Shown here: positions 50,002-63,998 of the stretch, piece by piece | Layout of the letters: the number at the start of each line of letters is the position of its first letter | Numbering within the stretch: position 1 is the stretch's first letter | The notes under the pieces: generated by a model | The model's input: only the letters and a program-made list of their open reading frames with translations | Told to the model about the DNA's origin: nothing | Database searches by the model: none | Made by a program: the position numbers and the translations under genes | DNA from: Selaginella moellendorffii | Taxonomy: Eukaryota; Plantae; Lycopodiophyta | Assembly (NCBI RefSeq): GCF_000143415.4 | Contig: NW_003314266.1 | Span: 3,294,398 to 3,358,397, forward strand | Reading direction: 5' to 3' | Length of the DNA stretch: 64,000 nt

Positions 50002-51858
50002 ATGGCGCAGCCACCGCTAGCTCGACCTCAGCTCCATGTTCTTTGGAAGGGGAGTGATCTGCTGACCTTCTCAGGTGTTGGAACAGTCTCTCCAACATCG
50101 CATATCAGTCGCTTTGATTACTACTGCACCACAAACATGATCGTCAACGATGATCGTATGTGTCGTGACTTCTTGCAGTCTCTCGAAGGCAAAGCAGCAA
50201 CTTGGGCAAATTCTCTCCTCCTAGAGGACTGGACAGACTTCCAGACACTACTTGCTTCTTTCAGAGAATGTTTCGTTGAAAAAAAACCCACAAATCGGCT
50301 ACTTGTCGACCTCTTTTCGTTTCGGCAAGGTGCTCATAAGTCTATTCCTAACTATATTACTCAGTTTCGAGCATATTGGAAGCAGTGTTGGGATTGCAGA
50401 GTGGTCCAAGATGAGCAATAGGGGATCACGGCATTCACAGTAGGTCTGTGTGTGAACTTGCAGCAAAAACCTCTTAAGAAGACATTCAGGTCTTGCTGCG
50501 AGGCATTTTCATTTGCCACGAAGCTGGAAAGAGAGCTTCTTATCGACCTAAGGATTGCTAGAGTTGATTTCAACCAAGCCATCACCCTATCAGAGTCACC
50601 TTGTGCAGCCGTTCCCTCGTCCACGCCAAAGCCTGTCGCTATTGAGCATACACCTCCGACTATTGAGAACTTTGCCAATGAGATGCGGCAGCTGAAGGAG
50701 ATCATTCTTCAGTAGCAATCACACCATGACAAACTGCTCCAGGAGCTAGTGGAGTCCAGGAAAGAGGCTACTACAGCTTGGGACCACAGATTTAAATCCC
50801 GTTGGTGCACTCACTGTGAGATGAACACACATAACCCATAGTGCTGCTTCAAGCTTCACCCAAAGCTTTGGCCTCCATCTTCTCAACATGTTCAACAACA
50901 TCCCTTTGCTGATAACTCCACATCATCTCGGGGTCCAGAGACATATCAAGAGTAGCTGGAGCGACAAGCGATTGAGGCAGCCCCTTTATCAAGCAAAGGC
51001 AAGGCACTAGCCTCATTGGTCAACACAATTTTGGTAGCCGAGGAACTCTATAGGCAACAGCAGCAAACCGTAGCCACTCGAGCCCAAGCAAAGAAGAAGG
51101 CACCCGCTCAACTTGCCACAGATCCCTTGGTGCCGGTTGAGAGTGAATCTATGTCGGCACAAGATCCAGTGACACAGAGGGTGGCTTATAACCTCCTTTT
51201 CAAGTCACTACTCTCTTCTCCTCTTGAGATCTCACCAACAGCTATTCCTATTCTAGAGCCGGTTCTTCAACAGCTAGTTGACACTCCCGTCACCTTTTCA
51301 CTCCGAGACATGTTGTGTCTTGTCCCGGGATTCGGCCAGCATTTAGAGGAGTTTGCACGGTCAGGAACACTAGAGAGCACTCTCAAGAAGACTCCTCAAA
51401 AGGTGCACATTGTCGACATGACAAGATATGGTGGAGATCCTGGTCCATTCTTCGTCCCGGTGTAGATTGGTACTTCCTCTTGTAGGGTGGATGCTTTGGT
51501 TGACTCTGGTTCTGGAAGCAATATTATCTCTCTTGAAGCTGCCCTTTCAGCACAACTACAGATCACTAAAAGCTCCTCCATCGTGCTCAAAACCTTCGCC
51601 AACCACACTGTTCCTCTAGTGGGCATTTTTTGTAGTGTCAAGGTCTCTGTGCAGGGTGTTATTTCTGAGGCAAATTTCCTCATGGTTGACTACCAATGTC
51701 TTGGAATGTCCTTTTTGAAGGACTCTATCATCCTTGGCCGCTCATGGCAAGTCACAACCCATTGCACCATTGACAGTGCAAAAGGCAAGATGGAAATGAG
51801 TGATGGAACCCATAGCGCCACCTTTCTCAACAACCACGGCAGAGCTCTTTCTCAATAA
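50002..51858 (+). pseudogene. gag-protease remnant of another LTR retrotransposon
   Basis: FLQSLEGKAATW...FRECF..LFSFRQG (retrotransposon gag), WCTHC...H knuckle near 50803, ALVDSGSGSNII and ILGRSW (aspartic protease); in-frame stops. Confidence 0.8.
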
Positions 51859-52337
51859 GCCCAACAGGCTCAGACTAAGATGGCCTCCACACCACACTTC
51901 CCTCCCGAGCTCATAGAGGTTTTTCCTGAGTTGGCGGTGGAGTCGACCATCTATATGACGGATGCTTTCTCATGCAATGTGATTGGCATGGTTGGAGGTG
52001 AGTCAGATAGCTCGAGACATCTTTCAGCTTCACTCTCTTTATTTGAGAGTAACGCTAAGCCTCTAGACACACCCTCTTTATTTGATCGTGGGCTTATAAA
52101 GTACGGGCCCCCATATCCAGCTTTTCAGAGTGTTTCTCGATAGAGGAAGGGCTCCTCGATTTGTTTCTTGCATGGGACCAACTCTCTCTTATGGAGCTTG
52201 ATGACACAGTCACTCTAGACCAGGCCCATCTTTCACAAGACACAGTTGAACTCAATCCTCCTCCACTTCTTTGAAATGTTTTCTTGCTCTCACTAGCCCT
52301 AATATATTTTAGCTTTTGAGAGTTATTTCAAGACTAA

Positions 52338-53834
52338 GGGGGTTTTTGCACCCACCATTAATTTAGGGCTTTTACATTAGAGGAATTTAGCCTAATTTAA
52401 AATTTTAATGTTATTCTTTTCACACCAATATTAGTTAATAATAGCATTAGTAGTTATTAGTCATTTTGGGTGATAAAAACTTTGGATAATGTTAACCGGT
52501 TCACACTCCCATTAAATTAGCTAATTTAATGATGCTATGTTCACACCAGCTATTAAGTTATACCTTTTACAACATGCCATTTAAAGATGGCGCTTCTTTG
52601 GATTTAACCATTTATGCCCTGAAATATCTACTCGTAGCCAACAACACTGCACACCGCACGCCACACCAAAACGAAAGCAAGTGATCCCTATAGAATATCC
52701 AATACTAGCTCGAAATTTCCTAGCGAAGATCCTTCATCACAGTTATGTGATGTTGCTGCTAGTGATCCAATGTTGCAATGCTACTGCTCAATCTAATCAT
52801 CTTGAAATATCCAGTGCTAGCTTGAAATTTCCCTCTTGCTCTAGCAATGCCGTGCTGAGATCCTCTCCCACTTCTCTTTCGAACAAACCATATGCTCTCT
52901 ATCAGATGCGCTTTTGTATTGTTCAAGCTCAATCCTCTTCTCCCGAATCAGCACCATCACTTCATCGTGAGTCCAATTGGATTGTTGATCACGAACACTT
53001 GGACCACCAAAACTCATGATACCTCCACCAGGAACACTAGTAGCAACACCATGAGAACTTGCAGTAGCTCCAAAACCAGGAACAAGAGTTCCTACACCTG
53101 ATCCACTACCACTGCTTCCACTTCCACCAATAGCAAGACAATGAGAGCTTGCACCTGCTCTAGGAAGAAGAGTTCCACCAGCACCTGGTCTAAGATCTCC
53201 AACAGCAACACCATGAGAATCTGCATCAAGACTTCCACCAGCACTTGGTCCAAAACTTTCAGCAGCAACAGAGTGAGAATCTGGGCCAAGAGTTCCACCA
53301 GCACCTAAGCCAAGACTTCCAGCACCAACACCGTGAGAACCTAGGCCAAGACCTCCAACACCAACACCGTGAAAACCTACTCCAGTCATCCATAGCATGC
53401 TTGGCTAGAAGTAAAATGCTCTAAAATGTGCTAGAAATGCCTAGAAATGCCTAGGATTGATCTCTTACCTCGTTTCTGCCGTGGTACGCTTGCCAACACC
53501 ACGCCTCGCCGCTCCATGGGCATCGCCACTACTCGTAGCCAACAACACTGCACACCGCACGCCACACCAAAACGAAAGCAAGTGAAAGCCCTATAGAATA
53601 TTCATGAATATTTTAATCCTAATGCTACAAAAGTGTAGCATTAGGATTTTAACGAAAAATGCATAAGAAATGTTAATGGAAACATTAGCTTATTTTAATG
53701 TTAATTTCTGGTGTAAACAAGTTACCATTAAATTTAATAGTTAAATTAAAGTTTATAAATTTAATATAATAATATAATGGTGTGAACAAATTACCATTAA
53801 ATTTACAAAGTTAATGGTGGGTGCAAAAACCCCC
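52338..53834 (-). mobile_element. Non-autonomous PIF/Harbinger element with Myb/SANT remnant
   Basis: Perfect 24-bp TIRs GGGGGTTTTTGCACCCACCATTAA; TAA TSD. ORF 52841-53398 ends in NWTHDEVMVLI...KEKWERIS, preceded by Gly-rich tandem repeats. Confidence 0.88.
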
Positions 53835-53895
53835 TAAATCCTTAACTTCATTATCCTTATTATACTTTTGGAACCCTTTACAACCTCCTCCCATC

Positions 53896-54570
53896 TGTAA
53901 GCTCTTGAGTTTAGACTTCTTGGGAGGTCACCCAGCCCAATACTATTCAAACCCAAGGATGCTTAACCTCAAATATCCCAAAACCTTTAACCATTTGGAA
54001 AAGGGGGTGCACTCTTGTTCATGAGCCCTTTCCCTCTATATTTAAACCCCATAGATCATCTTTCAAGTTATTCTCTTTGGTTACTTACAATCCACCATAT
54101 TTCCTTACAAATTCATGCCCTAGTGAATAGAAGTTGAAAACTGCAGCTCTCCCGAAAGCCCTGCTCTCTTGACACCCTACCCCTTCTTACAAGTTCACGC
54201 CCTCATGAATGGAAGTTGAGAACCGCAGCTTTCCCGAGAGCCCCGCTCTCGGGACACCCTACCCCTTGGGTTGAGCCCAGTGGGAGCAAATTGGAATAGC
54301 CAGATGTTAATCAATATGTGGTATGATTCCCCTAGCCAACTAACAAAGTTGGACCCAAGACCCCTCTGATACCAAATGTAAGTTCTTGAGTTTGAACTTC
54401 CTGGGAGGTCACCCAACCCAATACTATTCAAAACAAAGGACGCTTAACCCCAAATATCACAAAACCCTTAACCATTTGGAAAAGGGGGTACACTCTTGTT
54501 CATGGGCCATTTCCTTTTATATTTGAACCCCATGGGTCGTCTTTCAAGTCATTCTCTTTGGTTGCTTACA
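53896..54570 (-). mobile_element. Cassandra TRIM (5S rRNA-derived LTR core)
   Basis: 194-bp LTRs 53896-54089 and 54377-54570; perfect TSD CCATC; PBS at 54364-54374. Minus strand GGTTAAGC.TCCTT....GAATAGTATTGGG.TGGGTGACCTCCCA.GAAG matches the 5S A-box/C-box region. Confidence 0.9.
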
Positions 54571-55008
54571 CCATCCCCCTCCCCTCACCCTTGGAAATGA
54601 GTGTTTTGGGCTTTCACCCTATAATATATATTAGAGTTTGGATTGAGAAATATTTGGCTCTAGACATATTTGGCCTTGGACATATCTGGCCCTAAATATA
54701 TTGTGCATATATATTCAGTCTAAACTCTTTATTATTTTGATTATGATTTTAGAATCTTTTAGCTAATGACACCTTGGGAAGTTTGTTTTTTACAATATAT
54801 TCCTTATCCCCCTCTTGAAAGAAAATAGAGTTCTTATATACCACTTTAGTTTAGATTCATTATGTTTGTCTTTACTCCACTATATATATTCACTCTCACT
54901 CCATTATAGTATTTTCTTAGCCTCAATTCATCAAAGATAGTTCCATTAAAACTCATTTCACAATCATCCTCATTCCATAATTCATATTATTCATCTTCAC
55001 TTCATAAT

Positions 55009-55646
55009 TGTAGCGCACCTTATCTCTCTCTCCTTAAACTAACTGGAAAAGGGGCAATTACTTGATGAGAGAGCCCTTAGTGGCTATTTTATCCCCATTT
55101 ATCCCTCAAGGTTCCAAGGATCCACGGTGACAGTATATCCAAATCTCATCCCATGATCATATGCACTACACTCACCCCCCCTTCAGAGATGTCAATGTCC
55201 TTATTGACTATTGACTAACAACTTCTACCGAGCCAAGGGGAACCAACACCTCCATTTCCGTACTGAATCTACCAATCCTTCTATTGTCATTCACCCGTAA
55301 CACAGTCCCATGGTGGATACTTTTGTCCGTAGATACTCCACACAAGAGGAAGGACGTACGCATGGATGCCCAATACATACGATTTCAAATTTAGGGGTAG
55401 GAATATACCTTGCTTAAGGGTATACACCCCCCCTTCAGAGATGTCAATGTCCTTATTGACTATTGACTAACAACCAATACCAACTGTAGTGCACCTTATC
55501 TCTCTCCCCTTAAGCCAACTGGAAAAGGGGCAATTGCTTGATGAGAGAGCCCTTAGTGGCTATTTTATCCCCATTTATCCCTCAAGGTTCTAAGGATCCA
55601 CAATGACAGTATATCCAAATCTCATCCCATGATCACATGCACTACA
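55009..55646 (-). mobile_element. TRIM, family E, second copy
   Basis: LTRs 55009-55170 and 55485-55646; perfect TSD ATAAT; reverse complement of 44739-45596 with a rearranged interior. Confidence 0.9.
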
Positions 55647-55662
55647 ATAATCTATATTCATC

Positions 55663-58600
55663 GGAGCCATTCACACTTGCTCTTTATTTTTGAAATATGT
55701 TAAATTTAAGTGAAAATACATTTGCACTATATTTTAAAATAAAGTAAATCACTTTACATTAAAATTTAGGATATTTTTTTAAAACATTTTCATTCACACA
55801 TAGTGCTAACTTTAACACAATGTTTTCACTTTTTAAAACATTCAGAAAAAAAAAATTCAATTTTAAAAGGGGGGGGGGGGTGTTCTTTTAATCTTAAAAT
55901 ATTTTTAAAAGAATCTCCAAGATTCCCTAAAGATTCTAGTGCCCTGATTAAGGTGTTTCGGTTTAGGGTGCATTGATGGTGGGGGAGCCGACAACAGTCA
56001 TCACCCTAGGGTTAGATCATGTTGGGGATTCGGTGGAGGAAGGAGGAGCAACCAATTTTGGGGAAGGAGGAGTTGTAGGGTTTGCCGAGGAGATGGTGTG
56101 GGTTCGGGGCAGCAACATCCAACATAGAGGTGCTGCTTGTGGAATCAGGAGCAACCATGGTGGAGGAGCATCTGAGGCTGGAGGACAGGCACTAGGCCCA
56201 GCTGTAGCTTGAGGAGGCAAGCCACCTTGGGGCTGAGGCCATGGAGATGCTGAGCTCGCGGATCTTGGCCTCAATCAGGGTGGATCTGGAGCTAGAGCAT
56301 GGGGAGCTGTAGCATGGGGAGCTGGAGTGTCGGGAGCTGTAGCACGGGGAGCTGGAGCCTCTCCCCCCATGGCTTCTAGAACTCAATTGTTCTATGAATT
56401 CTCTTCTACAACAACCAATGAGGTAAGCTTCATCCCGAGTTTAGCTCAGAGTTTCTAGGAGAGTGGTTTCGGGTTTAGGGTGGCGAAGCAAGTGACCCAG
56501 AGTAGGAGCAGTCACTAGGACAGCAGTACATGCAGTTGTGGTTTCATAACTTGGAGGAGCAAGATGATGTTGCCATTGAACAGGAGGTGGAAGAAGATGA
56601 TGGGGTGATGAAGAGGAGGGCGATGATGACAAGGGGAGGTGGGTGTTCATGTCGCAAAGAAAGTAAGGAAGAAACATGGGAAAAACTGGGGGGATGATGA
56701 GACGACTTCCCTCATTGACTTTAAATGGGAAGATCACCTTGGAAAGATCAGGGCAGTGCATGGCAGCAAGGAGACGACATTGCCAGCAACTACTTGCTGG
56801 AAGAGGATTGCGAAGAAGATGCAAGTTGCTGGCATGCAGCGGGACTAGAAGGCTTGCCAGACTCGCTGGAACAACCTTTGCAACGACTACAAGTGTGTTT
56901 GTGATTTCCAGGGGAAAACTAGGAACCCCGACTACTTCAACTTGAGCCATGAGGATGCAAGGCAGCTTATGCCAGTGAAGCTGAACTTGAAGGTGTTCCC
57001 AGTCAAGTACTTCAACATCATGGATGAATTCCTGGCGAAGCAAGCATCACCATCTCCAACGTTTCTTGCTAATTTAGATGGTCCAGAGGAGGAAGCTCAC
57101 AAGGAGGATCCCACGGATGGTGTTGATTCTCCTAGAGATGCCACTCAGGTGCCAGGGAGTTTAGGGAAGCAAAAGAACTCAAAGAAGGCTGAGAAAAGCA
57201 TGGACACTTTGCTCGGTGAGGAGAATGCTCTTGCTGCTGCTCGAAATTAGCAGAATCTAGCATGGCAAAAAGAAAGCATTGTTTGCATAAAGGAGAATAG
57301 CCTGGCTGAGAAGGAGAAGGTTGCAGTTGCAACAGTTTTAGCTAGAGCCATCTTTGTCGCGAATGTGACTTTGAGTATTGAAAGATACTTGTTGGCTAGT
57401 CCTTACGGACACTCTTTCCTTACTGCCATGATGGCAGGAGGTCGGTATAGTTGGATCCCTTTCGTAACCCCTTTTGTGCTAGTGGAGTTAACTGACCATT
57501 TCGAGTGTACTTAGACTAGACGAACATAAGAACAGAATTCCTACGTGCTATTAGCTAAGCATACTTAGCCTGGTAAGGAGTTCCCATCTCGTTATGTCTT
57601 GCACTAGCTAGTGACAAGAACCCTCATGTATTAAGACTAGTCCCTCAATATCACTAGATGATAGCTTACCGTGTCTACCAAACACCTTCGCTATCATACC
57701 TTTTGTGTTAGTCTCATTACTGTCCCAAATGTTATTTATGGAAAGTGTCTAATTTCACTCATTTGGCATATCTACGGAATGTAGAGATTGGTTTGAACAC
57801 AATGGTGTTCATCTCGTGTCCAAATTCACAATCTAGGGACATTCCATATTTAGTAAATTTCAAACTTGTCCCAAAGACTAACTCCTGGTACTAAGGGAGG
57901 CTTGGGGTAAAAGCCCAAAGCATGTGTTCCTCAAGAAGGAAGGGATAGTGGTTGGAATGTATGTCTGACCACCTAAGACATTAATTTAGCTCTTGCTGGG
58001 CTATGTCGTTCCTTGTTTTGCGTCCAGCTTGGGTCTAAGCCCAAGCTCCACACTGCTCTAGTCGGTGGGGTACCCTCCTCCTTACGTTAGGCCACTGGTA
58101 TGCCAAAATTATGCCAGATTCCATCTGACACCATTTTGCATGCAGATGCTGGATACAAGGAGCTGGTGCTCGTGAGATTGTACCGGACACTCGTTTTGTA
58201 GCGCAACAGGCTTGGAGTTCGGCTCCAAATTCAAGTGCACTACAATCTCGAACCTTGCAAACTCTATCTCTAACTTCTTAGACGGGGCTGCATCTAGGAG
58301 TTTGTCGTCTTGTTTTTGGGATTTTAGGGGGACATTAATTATTAATATTAAACTAAACTATGTTTAGGCTATGATATTCTAGATTTCTTCTAACCGTTTT
58401 TTTAAATTTTTTTTTGAGGATCTTGCAACAGTTCAACCCAAGGAAATAGAACATGCTTCCAGGGAAAACCTAAGAGATGCTTAGGAGGAATGTGGTTCTT
58501 TCAACAATTAGGTAGCAATCATTGATGTTTTGTTGAGGAACAAGGTAATCTTGCTTCTTTTGCAAGTTTTGTTTCTTGTTGTGGAGGCTTTTCAATCCAT

Positions 58601-59897
58601 CATTGATGACAAGACCCTGGTGGCACAAACTCTTCCGGACAAGGAGGACAAAGACAAGCTTCGTTGAGCAGTCTTGTCCAAGCGACTTGACACCGGTCTC
58701 TAGTGGGTGAAGCTGTGGTGTATGACAACATGAAGCAAGTTCTTCATGGAGTTGTATGACCTTGGTCGATGGAAGCGAAAGCTGGGGATGGAGAAGATGA
58801 CATTCTTCAGGCTTTGTGGCATTTTGGAGGTTGAAATCTCCAAGTAGGATACGAAGTATAAGAGAGCGATACTTAGTGATCTTGCTGAGGGTTTGCAATG
58901 CTCAGAAAAGGTTCTTGAGTATCTATGTAGGTTGGCCAAGTAATTACTTTTAATTTTTTTCTTCTATACATCTAATTGGTTTTTTTTTTCCCCCAGGGAG
59001 TGTTCATAACATGAGGGTTTTTCAGAACTCCAGGCTATTCCACAAGATCCAAGTGAGGGAATTACTCACAATTCCTCAGGAGTTTGCTTTTGACAAGTGG
59101 ATTAAGCCATACCTAGTGGGAGACAAGGGCTACTAGCTATAGCAGCACTTGATGATCCCTCTCTTAGGTAAGCTGATTTTTTTTGTTTTTTTTTAATTAT
59201 TCATTTGAAACAGGTTTCCAATTGACAGTGGCTGAGGCAAAGTACAACCAACTGGCCCGGATTGTTATTGAACAAGCATTTGGACTCTTGAAAATAAAAT
59301 TCAAATGCTTGGATCAAAAACAAAGGATCAAGCCAAAGTATTTGCCAAACATTATCAAAGGTTGTTGCATCTTGCATAACTTCTTGATTGATGTTGGTGA
59401 GACAAACATCAATGCCAAGATTAAGGCGTGGGAGAGACACATTCAAGCCTTGAAGGAAGTAAAGATTTTTGAAGATTATAGGGATCCTATCGTGGCTAAG
59501 GGAGAACCATAGGAAGACTTGCGTGGGCCAGAGGATGCACAGGAGGTATGAGAGAACCTACGTGATTGCTATATTCAAGTTTAATATTTGAAATTTGAAA
59601 TTGAAATTTAGGGTTAGCATTTCAAATTTGATTTGAATTTGAAATTTTAAAATATTTTAAAACATGTTCGAATACTATTTTGAAAACATTTTAAAGTAAG
59701 TCAGGTGTGAAGTCACTAATGTTTTACATTAAATTTTTACCACAAAAACCTATGCAGGTGGAATGAAAATGTTTTAAAATGTATATTTAAAGCTTAAAAC
59801 AACCTAAAAACTACTCAAGTGCTAATGCAGCAATCACAAAAATTAAAATACACATTTTTAAAATATTTTTATATAAAGCACAAGTGTGAATGGCTCC
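55663..59897 (+). mobile_element. Decayed two-gene PIF/Harbinger transposon
   Basis: TIRs GGAGCCATTCACACTTG; 3-bp TSD ATC. Myb/trihelix gene at ~56640-57330 (NWGDDETTSLI..CWKRIAKKM..CQTRWNNL). DDE_Tnp_4-type nuclease at ~58430-59580 (YLVGDKGY, RIVIEQAFGLLK.KF, CCILHNFL). Confidence 0.88.
57390..58150 (+). repeat. LTR B copy nested in the Harbinger element
   Basis: Begins TGTTGGCTAG and is colinear with 7926-8710; right end uncertain. Confidence 0.7.
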
Positions 59898-62603
59898 ATC
59901 CTCACTCTATTATGTTGTTCATCATCCTAACTCCATTATCGAGGCTAAACTCCTATCTATCCCCTCTACCCCCTCCTCTTAGGTAAGATTTATTTTAAAT
60001 CATTTAGGAAAATAAAAGAAGCAAGAAAAATTGAGAAAAAATAATATAAAAGAGGAAAAGTGGAGTTTTCATTGGAAGCCAGAAAATATATAGGGCATTT
60101 TTTGAAAGTCACAACATTGCAAATTTTTAAAACAAGTAGAAGAGTATTCTTTTTCACCCAATTTATTACACCCTTCATCATTATATATATCTCTAACTTG
60201 TGATCACTATTTTCACTATCTTTTCTTTTGTTCTTTTGTATGGTTTGGTTTTGTTGTGCAATGAGACAACTACTACAACATTTAGCCCTTGAATTACTAC
60301 TTTGGAAAGAAAGATTGCAAAAGTTAAAATTACTAGCATTACATTTATGTGTATTTCCCTTCCTTCAAATAAAAATGTGAATGAAGATCCATAAATAAAC
60401 ACTATACTATGACAAACCCCTCAAGAATGTATTCTAGAGAAGAACTAAATCTCTCTTTTATATGCAACAAGCTTATATAAACAATTGTTATTTTTCTTTT
60501 CTAACGGTTATATAGCCTTACATAAAATCTTATATCAAATTTAATAATTTTAAACCTAATATTTACAAGACAAAAACCACATAGTACAGATTTAAGGAAG
60601 TGATAAGAATACTTTTTTTGTAAACATCTTATTTTATGTTCTAACAAACATCCCTATTATGGCATATAATTAATATTTAAATTGTTAGAACATACATAAT
60701 GATTAGTTTCTCAACTAGCTTAGATGGAAACTAATAAAGGGTTTAGCAATACCAATCTCCTGCCATCGTGGTAGTAAAAGAAGAATATGTAAAAGGACTC
60801 GTTGACAGATAATTTTCGATACTCACAATCACATTCACAATAATGACAATATGAATTTATAGGAAAGTATGATGGATTATAAACAACCAAAGAGAATAAC
60901 TTAAGAGGCAGTTTATTAAGGTTCAAATAAATAAGGAAAAAATCTATAATTAAGAGTGTAGTATGTTTTTTGGTTTGAGTAATACTAGGTTTTGAGTAGT
61001 ACTAGATTGAATCCCAGGAAGTTTAAATTCAAGAGCTTATACTTTGGGAAAGAACTTAACTACACAAGAAATTCAAATTCAAGAGTTTACACTTTGGCAA
61101 AAGAATTTAACTATAACCAAAGCAAATGTGGTTAGATAAACAAAGTAAGCTAACATATTAAAAAGGGAAAAAATGGTTAGATAAGCAAGGTAAACTAACA
61201 AATTGCAAAGGGAAAATTTGTGGCTAAAATAAACTTCTTATATGTAATTTTAAACAAGGAGTCAAACTTTTTATATATAACTAAAAGAAAGGTACTCCAC
61301 TAGAAAAATATCCTTTAAATACTAGAGAATCATTAGTGAGATTAAAAGTTTAATTACTCTGCCATGTAGGAATTATTTACCATAGATTAAAATTAATATC
61401 TATACAAAAAGCTAGCTTGGTTTCTAAAAACTCCTATTCAACTAGAAAAATCTCCTCTAAATACTTAAAAAAGAGAATCACAAGTGAGATTGAAAGATTG
61501 TTTAATTACTTACCCTATAAGAATTGGATTTACCCTAGGTACACTCCTTGCTTACTTTCACCCCTAAGTATACCATAGAAAATGATAAAATCCTATTCTG
61601 TATTGTAAAGTGCATGTACCTAAGTCAATATATCTGACTATAGTGAACTCCTGGGGTGTGCAATTGCTAACCATTCAAATTAATATCAAAATCATAATGT
61701 TGAACTAAAGTAAAGGACTTTGTGGGCAACTGTAATCCACAAAATAGTGCTATAGAAAATTTCTAAATCAGCCTTTAAAACCACTATTAACTTAAATGAA
61801 CAACAAAACCTATCTATGCATCTTCCTTTCAAAAGATCATTGCTAACTTATACTCACAATTTTGTCTTTGTCCAACATTGCATATAAAAAGTTTGTTTTA
61901 ACCACAAATTTTCCTTTTGCAATTTGCCAACTTACGTCACTTATTTAACCAAGAGGTTTTAGAAACCAAGATTACTTTTCATGTCTTAAGGAGTACATAT
62001 ACACTAATGCTTCTTTTATGGCATAGCAAGTGTGAGCTTTTGCATTTGGATGATATATTTAAAGGTAAACTCAAAAAACTTAAATGCTCCAGAAGCTGCA
62101 AATAAAATTGTAGGCCAGTAGGAGGTTTAAGAAACCAAACTTACTTCTCATTTCTTAAAATACATGGTGTAGATATTAATTTTTCATGTTATATCAATGG
62201 TGAACTTTTGAAGTTGGACTTTTTAAGGGTAAAGAACACAAAGGGTTTTTAGTTCATAAGGAGTGAACTAGAAGTTGTAGGCTAGTTTATTGGGATTTGT
62301 AGTTCGTTTGAAGCTTATGTTTTACAGGTCAAGTTTTTGTTGATGCTTTGGAATAATTATATCATGGTTAAAAAGTTTGTGTGGTGGTGTGTAATAGCCA
62401 AAAAAAGTTCCAGATGTTCCACCAGAAGATTCTAGAGATTTCTATTTTGATGATAGTTTTAGCACATTTAAGGATGAATCTAGCATCATCATTTTATTTG
62501 ATCATAAAAAAAAAGGAAAGCTAGTCAGTCATCACAACTCCTTCCTTTTCTTTCTGGTCACAAATTTCTCAGAACTCCTTGCACACACAGTTCGTAATTA
62601 GCA

Positions 62604-63998
62604 CTAGTACAGTAGCTCCTGGAAAACTGGATCCACGCTCTTGTTCCACTTCCCCTCATACAAGCTCAACAGCTTCTCTGCCGGTGTCACCCCCGTTCTC
62701 ACAATCTCAGCAATGTCGTTGAGAAATCCAGCCTCCTTGTAGCCTCGTCTTTGCAGCCCATCCCTGGCCAGCTTAAAAACGTCCTGCGCTACGTGCTTGA
62801 GCTGCCCGTCCCGGAACGGCGTGCTTAATCCCAGCCTCGGAACTTTGCTTCTCAGCATCGCCCTCTCCCCCTCCGTCCAGCCCTCCACCATCTTGGACGC
62901 CGATTCCAGAGCTTCTTCGTCGTACAAAATCCCCACCCAGAAGGCTGGGAGAGCGCACAGCCTCTTCCACGGCCCCCCGTCAGCCCCTCTCATCTCCAAG
63001 TATCTCTTGAGCCTGACCTCTGGAAAGATGGTTGTCAAGTGGTTCTCCCAGTCGTTGAGCGTCGGGAGCTCGCCGGGGAGATTGGAGAGCCTGCCGGCGA
63101 GGAAATCCTTGAACGACTGCCCCGTGCAATCCACGTACCTCTTGTCCCTGTACACGAAGTACATGGGCACCTCGAGAGCGTACTCGACGTACCTCTCGAA
63201 CGAGAAACCATCCTGGAAGACGAACGGGAGATCGCCTGTCCTGTTTCGATCTACGTCCGTCCAGATGTGGCTCCGGTAGCTCACGAAACCATTGGGAACG
63301 CCCTCCTTGAACGGCGAGTTCGCAAACACCGCAGTGGCGATCGGTTGCAGCGCCAGTCCCACTCTAAACTTCTTCACCATGTCCTCCTCGGACGAGAAGT
63401 CGAGATTCACCTGAACTGTGCACGTCCGGAACATCATGTCCAAGCCCAAGCTGCCAACTTTCGGCATGTAGTTCTTCATGATCTGGTACCTCCCTTTGGG
63501 CATCACTGGGATCTTCTCCACCGGCCACTTTGGCTGGAATCCCATCCCCATGAAGCCCAGTCCCATCTCCTCGGCCACCGCTTTCACCTGGTAGAGATGG
63601 GAGTTTACCTCGGCACACGTCTGGTGGACAGTTTCCAGTGGAGCACCGCTGAGCTCGAACTGGCCACCCGGTTCCAGCGAGATGCTTTGCCCGTCCTGCT
63701 TGAGACCGATGATCTTGTCTCCCTCCATCACCCTCTGCCAGTTGAATCGCTCCGCCAGACCTTCCAGCAGCTGCGCGATCTGCTCGTAGTCGATGGGCTC
63801 GAGACTGCTCATCCGGAATCCAAACTTCTCGTGCTCGGTGCCGATCCTCCACTTGGACTTTGGCTTGCATCCCGACGCCAGGTAATCCACCAGGTCGAGC
63901 TTCGTCAGGGGCTCTGCCCTCAAGGCGGTCTCTTCCGCTGGCGGGCTGGCGGCGACGATGCCGAGCTTCCTCCTCTCGCGGACGCGGCCACGGAACAT
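62604..63998 (-). CDS. GSH1: Glutamate-cysteine ligase (gamma-glutamylcysteine synthetase), plant type; N-terminus probably beyond the window
   Basis: [75 protein letters not shown]; uninterrupted 464-codon GC-rich ORF. Confidence 0.97.
   Translation of the reverse strand: MFRGRVRERRKLGIVAASPPAEETALRAEPLTKLDLVDYLASGCKPKSKWRIGTEHEKFGFRMSSLEPIDYEQIAQLLEGLAERFNWQRVMEGDKIIGLKQDGQSISLEPGGQFELSGAPLETVHQTCAEVNSHLYQVKAVAEEMGLGFMGMGFQPKWPVEKIPVMPKGRYQIMKNYMPKVGSLGLDMMFRTCTVQVNLDFSSEEDMVKKFRVGLALQPIATAVFANSPFKEGVPNGFVSYRSHIWTDVDRNRTGDLPFVFQDGFSFERYVEYALEVPMYFVYRDKRYVDCTGQSFKDFLAGRLSNLPGELPTLNDWENHLTTIFPEVRLKRYLEMRGADGGPWKRLCALPAFWVGILYDEEALESASKMVEGWTEGERAMLRSKVPRLGLSTPFRDGQLKHVAQDVFKLARDGLQRRGYKEAGFLNDIAEIVRTGVTPAEKLLSLYEGKWNKSVDPVFQELLY

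Noticed and set aside
53915-53970. 5S rRNA gene
   Set aside because: Only the internal promoter portion, diverged and duplicated in both LTRs of a TRIM.
59990-62105. Short AT-rich ORFs and small direct repeats downstream of GSH1
   Set aside because: No recognisable motifs or element termini; ordinary intergenic DNA.
62604-63998. Bacterial contamination or recent HGT explaining the intronless gshA-like gene
   Set aside because: The protein is plant-type, including the IVAASPP transit-peptide junction, and is contiguous with plant TE-rich DNA.
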